Positions 52,779 to 64,000 of a stretch of 64,000 bases of DNA are shown here, in pieces (within the stretch, counting starts at the first letter, position 1; the number at the start of each line of letters is the position of its first letter). The translations under genes were made by a program, and so were the position numbers. This DNA is from Botryllus schlosseri (Eukaryota): positions 9,860,001 to 9,924,000 of the forward strand of contig CM119371.1 of NCBI GenBank assembly GCA_051294905.1. The letters run 5' to 3'. The notes under the pieces were generated by a model. It was not told the DNA's origin. It was given only the letters and a program-made list of their open reading frames with translations, and did not search any database.

Positions 52779-54060
52779 CAAGGCCGTAACAGCACTTCGC
52801 CAGGACCCCCCAAAACTTTGGTCGTGGGCCCCCCATAGGGTTATACACCGAACTTCTGGGGGGCTTCGCCCCCCAGACCCCCTCCGGCGATACCCTATTT
52901 ACCGCTATTTGTGATATGCGTTGGGAGTTTGTTAAGTGAATCAGCTTTTGTCGCCTAAGCGCGCGAAGCGCGGGAAATTTCTAGAATTCATGACTGAATC
53001 GGTCAGTATGATCGGGAATTGCATATATACTGTTATCAATTTTTATCTTCTCTCTGCTCACGTTCTCAGATTTGCCGGTAGAGCTGAGTGACGTGTGTTC
53101 GAAGAGGTAGGACCACTCAATAATAATTAAACATCTTCGGGCGTATACCCATTGGTAGGAACGAAACAGCACCTCGTCAGGCCCCCAAAAACGTGGGTCT
53201 TGGGCTCCCATAGGGTAATGAAACGACCCCTCCATCAAGCTGTTCGCGTTTGTCACGAAATCATCTGTACTGTATTGTGAGCCAGCGCGAAGCGCGAAAA
53301 TTTTCGATAATTTATGATAAAATCGGCCAATCAGATCGGCGATTGCATATATATCATGCTATCAATTTATTGTCCTCTCTACTCACGTAATTAGATTTAG
53401 CGGTAGAGCTGAGTGACGTGTCTTGAAAACGAGAGGGTCCGTAAATAATAATTAAACATCTTCGGGCGGGCGGACCCGTTGATATGACTTCGTTACATGA
53501 TGTTATTTCGTGACTTCCAGTCTGCTATATCAAAAAATATAGAATCGCCCAAACGTAGGCTTCTAAACTAACAGTCGCAGACGATTTCAAATTGGTATTT
53601 CTTCACTTGCATAAAATTTTTCCCAGCGGGATGGTATTTTTTTTGTGAGGTTCAGATTGCAAAGACAGGAACATTCGGCGCCAGTCATTTAGGCGCCTAT
53701 GGAAAATTAAACCTATATGTATTTTGTATATATAACGACGTCTTTGGTCAGCAAAAGGGCATAGACCCTTTCGGCCAAGGTTTTCTCGCTGTCGATCGTT
53801 CTGGCACACCTCTTGGAGCCGTATGTTATATGGCCTAAAACTTGATTGTATGTCTTGGTGGGTCGTGGCGCGGTAATGGCCCAATGCCCAATAATAAAGA
53901 TACATGGCTACTTGAATTCTAAAAATTTTGAAAAAAGTTGCATAAATTTTCAAAAAATACTCTATGATTTATGCTAATTCACGAAATAATTTTGGGCCCC
54001 CTTCGAGCTCGCCCCCCCCCCCCCAATTGGGGGGTTTGGGGTGCGGCAGTTACGGTGCTG
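52779..54060. mobile_element. hAT-type element with internal ~190-bp direct duplication
   Basis: Ends CAAGGCCGTAAC / GTTACGGTGCTG; perfect TSD ATTACATA; right end also present at 26257-26312. Confidence 0.85.
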
Positions 54061-55145
54061 ATTACATACATATTATCAGATAGCTCCATACTGTAATAAC
54101 CCTGGAAAGGGTGAAAATTGCTTTACAGTAACTTGCAACTGTGAGTCTGTAATGAATATTCATGGTATTTACTATTATTCTCGCGCCTCGTGCTAATCGA
54201 ACAGTTATGACGAAAATATGATTGTTCAGCGAAAGAAAGCAGAAAGTCAATTTGACCGCATTTTTCAGCCTGACGTCGGCTCAGATGGACTGCCACTACA
54301 CCGGATTTTGGTTACGTTATCAATATAGCGCGAAATATTAATTCACCGCGGCTTGAGAGAGAATAAGTTATTGTCAAAGCTACGATTAGTGGTGCGTCGT
54401 GAGTTAAACAAGTTTTTACAATTGCGTCGAAACTACATAAGTTAGGGAGACACAGCACTCGAATTTCTTCTTTAGTTTACTCAAATTATTCCACTTCAGA
54501 AAAATTAACAATTATTAAAGAATTTAATTCTCACCACCTTCGTCATTCGCACTGGTAATTTATTTCAGTCGCCCAAGTGCATAACATATCACATATTGAA
54601 ATTCACTGATTATAGAATCGTGCAGTTGACGTGTCCTACGTGCAGTGCAAATATATTCACTTACTCAGGTAGCCGTTACGTAATTTCCATTACACCAATC
54701 AATTTTGAATGTGGATATTAGCCTGCTTTTTGTGTAGCCTGCGTGTGAAGAATGCTGATATAGGATATGAAGTAACAAGAAGTCTATTGTGTAAGCTACA
54801 GTTTTGGGTTAATATACTTGCCAGTGCCTCACCAACTCCGAACCTCAGCCCAAGTCAGTGACTTGCAGCTAGTTTCAAAATTTAGGACCTGCATGCCAAC
54901 AGCCTTCATGATAAAATGACAGATTGGTAATCCAACTTCTCGACTGGTGTCTACGAACATAATACAAAATTTTCTACAATAACTATGTGTGCTCTCCGTC
55001 TCAAGCGCATTACCGGTTCCAGTCGAATTTTATAGCTGTGCAGACTTATTATCATGCTCCGCGCAATTTACTAAATCAGCAAACCTTGACATGATAAGCA
55101 AATACAAAAGTTGTGGAAGCACTAATCACAAGTTGCACAGTGCAG

Positions 55146-56565
55146 CAGAGTTGGATCAATTACATTATTTCAGTTCAATTACAATTACAATTACAATTAC
55201 TTTCATGCATGTTTCAATTACATTACAAATACAATTACTCCATGCTAAAAATATCAAATTACAATTACAATTACAATTACTCCTTGCACGCTTCAATTAC
55301 ATTACAATTACAATTACAATTGCTGCTGTTGAACATGTAATTGAATAATCATAAATTCAACCGTGCTCCTTGACAACCGTAGCGTCGTAATTAACAACAA
55401 TTCAAGTATTCATGTTTCATTCATGATACACAAATACCCGGTAATTAATAAAAGAAAAACGTTTTCGAACTATTCCAGTATGCAGTATGTCGTTGAAAAA
55501 AGTATTATAATCATGCACGGGTTGGATTTGCGTACATAGTATATAATTAAAGAAATAATATTATTTTTATCGAGGGACGTAGGAATTAGGATGAGGGGTG
55601 AAAACAAAACCGTGCTTTGTCAGATAAGACGTTATATAATATCCAGTGGTCTGGTTAGTTAGCCAGACGAAGTAACGATGCAGCATCGTGATCTGAAATC
55701 GTATTGTAGATTGCCAACCCACGGATAGATGCGCAAGATGTGAGTCACGGATGAATGCACCGACAAACGTACTGCAGAGCCGGCTAAAAGCAGCAAACTT
55801 TGTAGTCCTAGAGCTGGCGATTCAAGCGTCCAAATTCCGAAAATACAAATTAAAATCTCGTCAGGGCAATGTAACTGCTCCAAAATAGCCGTTTAAGGCC
55901 GACTGTTCTTGAAAGTGAGAGCGCCGCAGCAGCTTGACCACAACAATGACCAATTACTCCCAGCGATTGTTCAGAACAATGCCGATTCCCAGACTTTCAC
56001 GACTATTTTGGGATGGTACCATTGCCTGTAAATATACTTTTATTGCGGAATCAGTGCGACACTAGCTTTCGATTAGGACCATACATATCAAATTTCGACG
56101 CTTGGATCGTTAGCTATGGGACTATCAATTCTGCTGCTTTTAGCCGGCTCAGCAGTTCGCTTCTCGTCGTATTCAATCGTGAGTCACGTGTTGCGAATCC
56201 ATCCGTTGGTTAGTAATCTAATAATTGTATACAATGGCAGCCGAGGCCAGCATAGCGGTAAAAATTTAAAAAAACTTCGCCCGCAAGGGCGCAGTCAAGG
56301 GCTTCCGCGAATGGATCCACCAAATTCCTTGTCGACATTTAAAGAGAATGCATTATAAGTCAATTATTTTATGTTGTGCTTGTCAGGTCTCAATAGCAAT
56401 TTAATGTAATTGAAATTGTAATTGAGCAAAATTTTTGTCAAATTACAATTACAATTACAATTACACAAAATAAAAATGCTTCAATTACAATTACATTACA
56501 ATTACATTGAAATATGTAATTAATTACATTCAATTACATTACAAATTACAATTGATCCAACTCTG
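55146..56565. mobile_element. hAT MITE with (ATTACA)n subtermini, containing an inverted-repeat insert
   Basis: TIR CAGAGTTGGATCAATT; perfect TSD CAGTGCAG. Confidence 0.92.
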
Positions 56566-57518
56566 CAGTGCAGTGCAGAAATAAATTCAGCCTGTGTGTC
56601 TCTTTCTCAATAAATCACAAGCGACGAACGTAAAATGTGATCATTCTTCATCATTGGAAAATTATAATTTTTATATTAGAATAAAAAGAGTTTGAACGAA
56701 ATATTGAACAAGTATCGTAAAGTTTTTAATGAAATCGACAGAAGTTGTGCATTTAAAGACATTTTATACGATATTTTAGCGTCTTCAAAACACGCATTAT
56801 TTATGATAAAAACGACTTCGTTATCAAGATGTAATTACATGTCACGTATGCATATGAAAAGGAAATACTGACAGACTGAGCAGTTGTACCAGTGATGTAG
56901 CAATAACTGTCTGATCACAACACAATATCATTCTCAAATTCAACACAAACATTAGATAAAGTTTGTAAGTGAAAGGGTATCTTGACAAGAATGCAATTAT
57001 GATATTACAGCTTATTGGAAATACATGTATGGATTTTATACAAAGCATATTACACACTGGGGTGTCACGCAATGAATTGACTTCATAAGAGAAAACTGTC
57101 AAAAATTAACAATTTGAATTTTACCGGTTGTTGAAAACCTGCCATCGTCGAGTTATATACTGAACGATTGAGATCAGAAATACTTGACTGCAATTAATCC
57201 AAAATTCACCATATTGAACTGAATTGTTATGTATAGGTATTATTGATAGTATAATATGTTAGCTGAGTCAAGCAGCTGATTTGGAAAAAATACCTATCAG
57301 TAGGTATACATATGGAAATTCGTGATGGATTGTTATGTTCAGTCGACAAAGAGGTCGTCTTCTAAGCTCAACGGTACCAAACGCTCATCAAGCTCAACGG
57401 TACAACCTAGTAGCACGATTCATGATATGACCGACAAGGCCTCGATTCCAACCTCGGGTGGAAAATATATTTGGATCATTCCAAGGGACAGGGAAAGGTC
57501 AGTCATCGATATGATTAT

Positions 57519-57707
57519 TTATGTGTATTCGAAGGCTTTGTTAACATGAGTCTTTCCCTCGGTTGCATCTTTTCCTGTGGTTGATTGTGAATCCTCGTCC
57601 GTTTCACATTTCTTTTCGCTTTCTCCGTCCAGTTCGATACTTGAATTGTCTCTTGGAGGAGACTTGTACGTTAACAGAGCTATCAGCAACGATGTGATCG
57701 ATATAAT
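57519..57707 (-). CDS. SLCO: OATP/SLCO transporter, terminal exon (end of TM12 and acidic tail)
   Basis: IISITSLLIALLTYKSPP...NKAFEYT*; cag acceptor, phase 0. Confidence 0.75.
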   Translation of the reverse strand: MISITSLLIALLTYKSPPRDNSSIELDGESEKKCETDEDSQSTTGKDATEGKTHVNKAFEYT

Positions 57708-58322
57708 CTGTCGTATTAAGGCAAGGTAAGAGTGACATAAATTGATAAATTTCAGACGATGAAAGTTATCTAAACCTAAATCCACGTTCATTAAGTAGTA
57801 GTGTACCCTGTACAGTACATTTTAGACGAGAATATAGCTACGGGAACAATAATACAAAGCAGTAGTATATTGCCTTACTGTAAGCTCTATGCTAAGGAGA
57901 TGCGATCGACACATAAAAATGATATGATACACATTTCTTTGTCTGGGATAACTAACCGACGACGATTAGGACCACGTTTAAAACGTCACAGGCCTGATAA
58001 CGCTAATCAGTAGCCAATTTTAATCCAAGATACGATTACGATTCAGAATATGCACTTTTTCCAGCATATCAGGTTCACGACATGTCTTAATATTAAAGCT
58101 TCAATGTTGTGTTACTATGTTCTATTCCTTTTATGATCATTGGGCGGCGTTATATAATTCAATGTTGACGTAATTCATGACGCATCCATTTTGGGTCTAA
58201 CTACGATGGCTGATAAGGAAAATATAGCTAGGAGGCTTCGCCTACATTTTGGAAAATTGATTGGTATTTCGAGCATTCAATTCCAGATGTAGATAGTGCT
58301 TCGGTGCTGAGTGTGTACTGTG

Positions 58323-60279
58323 CAGGGCATGGTATGGTATGGTATGGTATGGAATGGGAATATTCCATACTCCATACCCGCCCAATTGTTCCATACCATA
58401 CTTGACAATTTTCCATAACTTAGGTTATGATACTTTTTCCATACTTTCGCAACTTGACCAACCTCTCAAGTGATATTCTATTTTTGATGTGTGGAAATGT
58501 TCCGGCGTATATATTCTAATTATTTTGGATGAGAATATCCATTTAAACGGCCCTGATGCAACAATGATATCCCCAGTTTATTTATATCATAAGTAGTCAG
58601 CGATGTAGGAACTTATAATGTAGGCCTATACACATGGGATTATTTGGAAATCACAACAGAATCTCAAGGCATGTAAATCTAGTGTGGTAACGCACTGCTA
58701 ACATAACCTAATATACAGAAACACATAATACAAAGGTATTGCCAAATTATAGGATTGGTTCCGAACCTTCGTACACTTTAAATTTGTTCCTCCAATAAAA
58801 TTTCTTAAGATTTTCTTTTGTAAATACTTGCTATTGGTGAAAGTTAAGACCCCCGCAGAACGGAACAGCACGCAATAAAATTAATGATTACGCAACTGGT
58901 AACCGTACACACAATTTTGTGCCTCCGTAAAATGGATATAGGTGAGGTAAGGCGACAGAAAAATAGGAAGGATTTGAAATTTTTCCAGATGTACCAAGGA
59001 GCATCAATTTACATGTGTAAATGCCGAATATATTGCATGGGTCAGATAAACTTCCTGTTGTTGACGAACTTATGCGTATGGTGCCACCATAACCTACACT
59101 GTCGCACGCTACTATAATTCGAGTAGTAAGAAATATATGTCATTTCATCAGTAATGAGTCCGGCTATGCTATCAATTAGCGATTCTACAATCTTCCGTGA
59201 GTACATATTCTTATACATATGAACTTTTATTTTAACGAATCGGGTGATTTCAATCACACCTCACATCATTTAGCATACGAATGAATAACAACCTATATGA
59301 GGGAAATCGCGTGCCGCTGTCCAATCGATTATCGCTAATTGGAGGCACTGATAATACGAATTGCTGAATTGCAATCGGCATTTCATACAGACGTCTAATA
59401 AACGAAGTTAAAATTGTAAAGAATTTGTTTTCCAAGTGAGTCTATTCCCAACCAGAAGGCCCTAAATTCCCCACAATTGGGGTATTCACCATCGGTTGGA
59501 AACACCTGCATTGAGATATACCTTTCAATAATTTTTACATCACCACAATCATTTTGCGACAGGTAATCAAATGTCTATTTCCTCCGCCAATCTGTGGGTC
59601 ACACTCGTTAGCTTCATCAGCCAACATCAAGGTGCCCTCTGTCCATTATATCAGAAATCAACAGTTTTCATGAAGTTACAATGCGTGTTGTAGGCCAGCA
59701 TATCGTAATGTCGCTTCAAAAAAAACTACATATTTTTGAATTACAATGATGATTCTGTCAAATAGATATTGTGTGATGATCATATTCCCAAAGTGCAGGT
59801 AATTATTTCCAAGTTCAACAAATTGATAATAATATTGATGTAACTTCTACTTTGGTTATTTACGTAGTGGAAGTTACGATAAGCGAAATGCAATTGTAAC
59901 GCGAAAATGGTCGAATATCATTCATTTTTATGATATTTAAATCGGAATAATCATCAATAATATTATTTTCATTCATATGCCCGACGCAAAACTTTGTTGC
60001 CTTCAAATTGATGCCCACCGTAATGGTTGAGTCATGAATCACAATTTGAGATATGAACATAGACAGTGAGCGATGTTATGTGGTATTCAATCAATTTGAC
60101 AAATCGAAAGTAGGACTATTGTCATGGTTCTGGCAAAACTGTCTAAGTATGGAAAAAGTATGGAAGTATGGAAAACACATTCCATACCAGACTTGGGAAA
60201 TTTCCATGCCATACCATACTTGCACTCTTCCATATTCCATACCGAAATTTCATTCCATACCATACCATACCATGCCCTG
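58323..60279. mobile_element. hAT MITE with (CCATA)n subtermini in the last SLCO intron
   Basis: TIR CAGGGCATGGTATGGTATGG; perfect TSD GTACTGTG. Confidence 0.92.
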
Positions 60280-60412
60280 GTACTGTGTATGCTGTATGAA
60301 CAGATAACATATATAATCTTCAATAACTAATACGAAATCATTAGAGACACTAATTCAAGATAGTATCTTAGTTAATGATATTGGTGTCATTATAAAGTAC
60401 AGTCTCTCCTAC

Positions 60413-60583
60413 CTTCGCACATACGAGCAGGATGGTGAAAGAATTCGACATGATACGGTTGTCGTACAGACGACAGGACGCGCACTTTCCGCACACCTCT
60501 TCCCATACTATACAGGATGCATCGAGTAGTGCGCCGAGAATCAGTGGAAGCGGTATCAATCCGAGACAGCGCATGATCACCCA
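60413..60583 (-). CDS. SLCO: OATP/SLCO exon (WVIMRCLGLIPLPLILGALLDASCIVWEEVCGKCASCRLYDN...)
   Basis: OATP TM11 motif R-x-LGxIPxPxxxGxxxDxxCxxWxxxCGxxxxCxxYD; ag/gt bounded; 171 nt. Confidence 0.92.
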
Positions 60584-61036
60584 CTGAAATTCAGAGGAGG
60601 TTGAAATAGTCAGCGTTGCTACTAAGTACAAGTACTGGTACTCAGTATAAGTACAAATACAAACATCTCCATCCAAGACATACAAAAACAACATCTAGTC
60701 AACACGTTACGAAGATAATCCACTCGATTGCAGTGACCGTTTCACTATTACATGTGATGCAAACGTATCCCAAAACGACTTTTTGAGTACATAAAGTCAA
60801 GAGTGTGAAAAATAAGTAGTTCTGATGCAAACGACATGGGAAGTAGACGCAAAAGTAGTCTTAAAGCATATCCACTTAAGTATTGCCAGTATGCAAAACC
60901 TACTTGAGTAGTACGAGAATTTACAATTTACAATTACTCTTGATAGAACAAAAACGAAATCAAAATTTTTGATGATCGAAAGAGCAATTTCATCATGGGG
61001 TAAGATTACGGATGTCAAGCATAATAGCGTGATTAC

Positions 61037-61090
61037 CTGTATTCCAATGGCAAAGGACCTTTGATGCAACGGCACTGTTCTCAGTGAAAC
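61037..61090 (-). CDS. SLCO: OATP/SLCO exon (VSLRTVPLHQRSFAIGIQ)
   Basis: LRxVxxxQRSFAxGIQ motif; 54 nt, phase 0. Confidence 0.9.
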
Positions 61091-61160
61091 CTATTACAAA
61101 ATACACATACATTATATGCATGGCATAGTTGAAGCGGCCATCAAAATATATTCAGCTTAC

Positions 61161-61337
61161 CTGTAACACCGGTTGAAATTTTAAGAAAGTGAAGAATACC
61201 AACATGGAGGCGATTGCTATGTTAAATCCGACTGAAGGGCATGGGGTTGTTGGATTGCATTTCCCAGTAACGGCTGTTGCATTTTCTAATGAAATATCGT
61301 CGTTGGAGTCAGCTATTCCCGTACAATTGACGATTTC
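61161..61337 (-). CDS. SLCO: OATP/SLCO exon (EIVNCTGI...AVTGKCNPTTPCP...FFTFLKFQPVLQ)
   Basis: End of the Cys-rich loop plus TM10; tag acceptor, gtaagc donor; 177 nt. Confidence 0.88.
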
Positions 61338-61825
61338 CTATCAGAGGTAATGAAACATAGCGTTAACGAAGAAAATGGCGAGAGCACCAGAGTAGACACA
61401 TCCCAAGATTATATTGGACATGCCAGAATGAAGGGATTACCACCCTTCTATTGATTTTCGGCAATTTATACTTGACTATGAACCACTTTTTTATGTTAGC
61501 AGCATTGTGTCGAAATATACTCTTCACAGAGACGATATATAAAGGTCTATGACCAGCAGATCTTAAGATATATCCTAGGCCATTCATCCATGCGTTTGAC
61601 GCTGGTCTGCAGGAATTCCCTTTCCTGGTTTTCAGAAGCGGTCTTGCACGGCTTTAGACATAACTAATATCCCTCAATTTAGCATTCATATACAGAAATT
61701 GTCTATAACTGTTCACAGCAACAAACGGCAACTGTCGTCTATTATATTTTGTGGCATATTTAGAGGTCAAACAGAGCCGCAAGAAGGTTATTTTATAGCC
61801 GCGGTTAAGGATCATTGCTATCGAT

Positions 61826-62351
61826 TATTGGTTCTCAACCAAGGATAAAAGCAGGTCCTGTAAAGTGTCGTGTACGTCCGCCAAATATATTGTTATGTTA
61901 TATCACAATTGCAAAATGAAATAAGTTGGAAGCTATTCGAAGAGAGATGCAACATGAAATTTTCAATTTATTTACAAATTTGGACGCTACGTAACGTATC
62001 GTCATAGAGGGTTAATCGTCTACTTTGAACTAAGCTTAAGTCACAATATTACAAGCAAACAGGGAACGTTGCAGTTCTTTCACAAGATACCGAACAATCA
62101 ATATGAATTTACTGGTTTTTAACTGAACTTCACCTTGCAGAAACTTCTATAAACCACGTGGGAAAACGTATATTATCATCATCAAAACTGCAGGCATAAA
62201 TCTGAATTTTCCAATATTTGGTTTAGCGTTGCATAAATATGTCGTAGTTACATTTGGGGGTCAATTTCGATTTTTGGAAAAACACTGGTCAGCAAAGTTT
62301 GTTTTGAAACTAATACCGGTCCGCAAGCTTAAAAAAGGTTTAGAACCACTG
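61826..62351. mobile_element. Degenerate hAT-Charlie-like MITE in SLCO intron
   Basis: Ends TGGTTCTCAACC / GGTTTAGAACCACTG; CCGGTCCGC motif. Confidence 0.6.
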
Positions 62352-62561
62352 GTACATATGACTGCTAAACAACAGTAGTGAACCATTGCCGATTTTAAAG
62401 TATTTCCCCAGCCCAGACAAGGTTAACAAGAGTGGGAAAAGGGCAAGCATTGGGTCATTTATTTCTTTGTTACGGAAACGCTGGAAATTGGTTGGTAACG
62501 AAGTATTTAAATGCGGTGATTCGATTCGATTAGCTCACTCTTAGTTATTTCATCAACATAC

Positions 62562-62713
62562 TTTCGAGTGTGTGAGAGTGCAATTGGCGTCGCATAGTGA
62601 AAGATACGTCAAGCCGTCAGCCCCGCAAATAGGATCATAAAGATCTGTGCTACAACCACAACTTCCTTTACAGCTGTATATCGATTCTCCGGGACGGTTG
62701 ACACCTGGAACAT
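62562..62713 (-). CDS. SLCO: OATP/SLCO exon, Kazal-like domain (SCKGSCGCSTDLYDPICGADGLTYLSLCDANC)
   Basis: Kazal-type cysteine spacing; ttacag acceptor, gtatgt donor; phase 1->0. Confidence 0.92.
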
Positions 62714-63393
62714 CTGTAAGGAAATTTCGTCATTTACAAACCGAAGTGTCACTGAGCAGTAGCGAAATGTCCCCAGTGTTTAATTACACAATGTACGCCA
62801 TCATCTCTCCGTCGATCTGACATATTGATGCAACTACTGCGTGAGTAAGGCGAAAGCTGTTTTGTGATCGCCTAGCTCGATGTAGCAGTGCTGCGACCAA
62901 GCGGAGAATATCGATTTTGTTATCAGTCACAAGATGACAGTATACCCGCGCATTGGTCCGTAATCAGAAGCAGCGGAATCGAGGTCATAATAATGATGTA
63001 TGTATGTAACCTTGCACCCTCATGCCACTGGACTTGACCGTAACGATTGATTAACTAGCATTTTGTGGAATCACATTCCGAAAACTCAAAAACAATACAT
63101 TTAAGATGACAGTAGCTCGCAGATTAACTTCGAGCACACGTCAGCTCATGTTCGAAATATATTTGGTATAAAGCAAAATGCAAGTTCCATTTCCGGAGTT
63201 GCACTTAAATTCGAACGAAAAATTGATTTGAATTCCTCTGCCATATGTAGTCTGATGACATCTCCGACTCCAAATCTTAATCATAAGCCAGCCAGAATCC
63301 TCATATTTGGTGTTTAAAATGGAAATCAGAAGTTTAAGTGTATTTAGATACTTCAAGATGTCAGAATTCTGATACACCATTACGAGAACCTAC

Positions 63394-63555
63394 CTGGGGT
63401 TTCGCATCTCATCAGAAACACGAATGTGCAGCACAGCGCCATACACGCGCACCCGATAGCGAATTTCAGCATCCAGCGAATTCCCGGCTTTAGCCGAGTC
63501 ACCAAATATCCTCCAACAAGATGGGAAGCGAAGGCAGCAACAATCGCGCCGATTC
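63394..63555 (-). CDS. SLCO: OATP/SLCO exon (GIGAIVAAFASHLVGGYLVTRLK...FLMRCETP)
   Basis: TM8-TM9 with GGYLV motif; phase 1->1. Confidence 0.9.
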
Positions 63556-63624
63556 CTGTGACAGAATATTACCAAAATGTACAAACAGGTATTCAAAGGA
63601 ATGGCATACGCGATGCTTTCATAC

Positions 63625-63797
63625 CGAAGTAAAGTCCGGCTTGAGACGGAGGGAAACGGAATATCGATTCCACAAATTTCGGACCGAACGTGGAAATTGC
63701 AACGATGCTGCCAGAGTCCATTGCTCCCGCTATTGATACGCATACAAGAGTGGGATTTTTAAGAACGGCCTTCAAACACCTCGGAATATCCTTGAAC
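63625..63797 (-). CDS. SLCO: OATP/SLCO (SLCO4-like) exon (FKDIPRCLKAVLKNPTLVCVSIAGA...STFGPKFVESIF...AGLYF); gene extends beyond window end
   Basis: LLKNP and F-x-PKF-x-E-x-x-F OATP motifs; ag acceptor, gtatga donor. Confidence 0.92.
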
Positions 63798-64000
63798 CTG
63801 TCATTAAAGTTATGCCGTTAGCAAAAGCCTGCCAGACAAGTCAGGCATTATCAATTTCGGAAAGATGTTTCACAAATTCACACGGTAAAGTGATCGCCGT
63901 TATAGTCCATCCCGGTTAGGTTAGGAATGAAATTACGTAAGGCAATGGTTCTTAAGCTTTTGGTAATCATCGAAAGCGACAGTCAGCTAAATGCATTCAA

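Noticed and set aside
54989..55348. Low-complexity ITITIT/LQLQL ORFs
   Set aside because: Translation of the (ATTACA)n subterminal repeats.

Overview
AT-rich, intron-containing eukaryotic (animal) DNA. The 55-75-nt introns and repeat content suggest an invertebrate chordate such as an ascidian (inference). Two spliced minus-strand genes can be reconstructed by hand with consistent intron phases. (1) The 5' part of an intelectin (X-type lectin) gene, exons 11248->411, running off the left edge. Unusually, it encodes a ~50-aa cytoplasmic tail with a YANV motif and a signal-anchor helix instead of a signal peptide. (2) The 3' seven exons of an OATP/SLCO (SLCO4-like) transporter, 63797->57519, running off the right edge. 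Between them lie small two-exon minus-strand genes that the ORF track misses. Two are paralogous secreted prepropeptide genes (38541->36795 and 21165->20789) with Gly-basic processing sites; a third signal-peptide gene (14704->14453) has a 1-nt frameshift. The rest is dense with transposons: about 20 hAT-type MITEs or deletion derivatives with 8-bp TSDs (often nested), a Chapaev3-like relic, fold-back elements, a tRNA-derived SINE family and LINE 3' fragments. All gene models and family names come from manual reading and recalled motifs; no database search was run.
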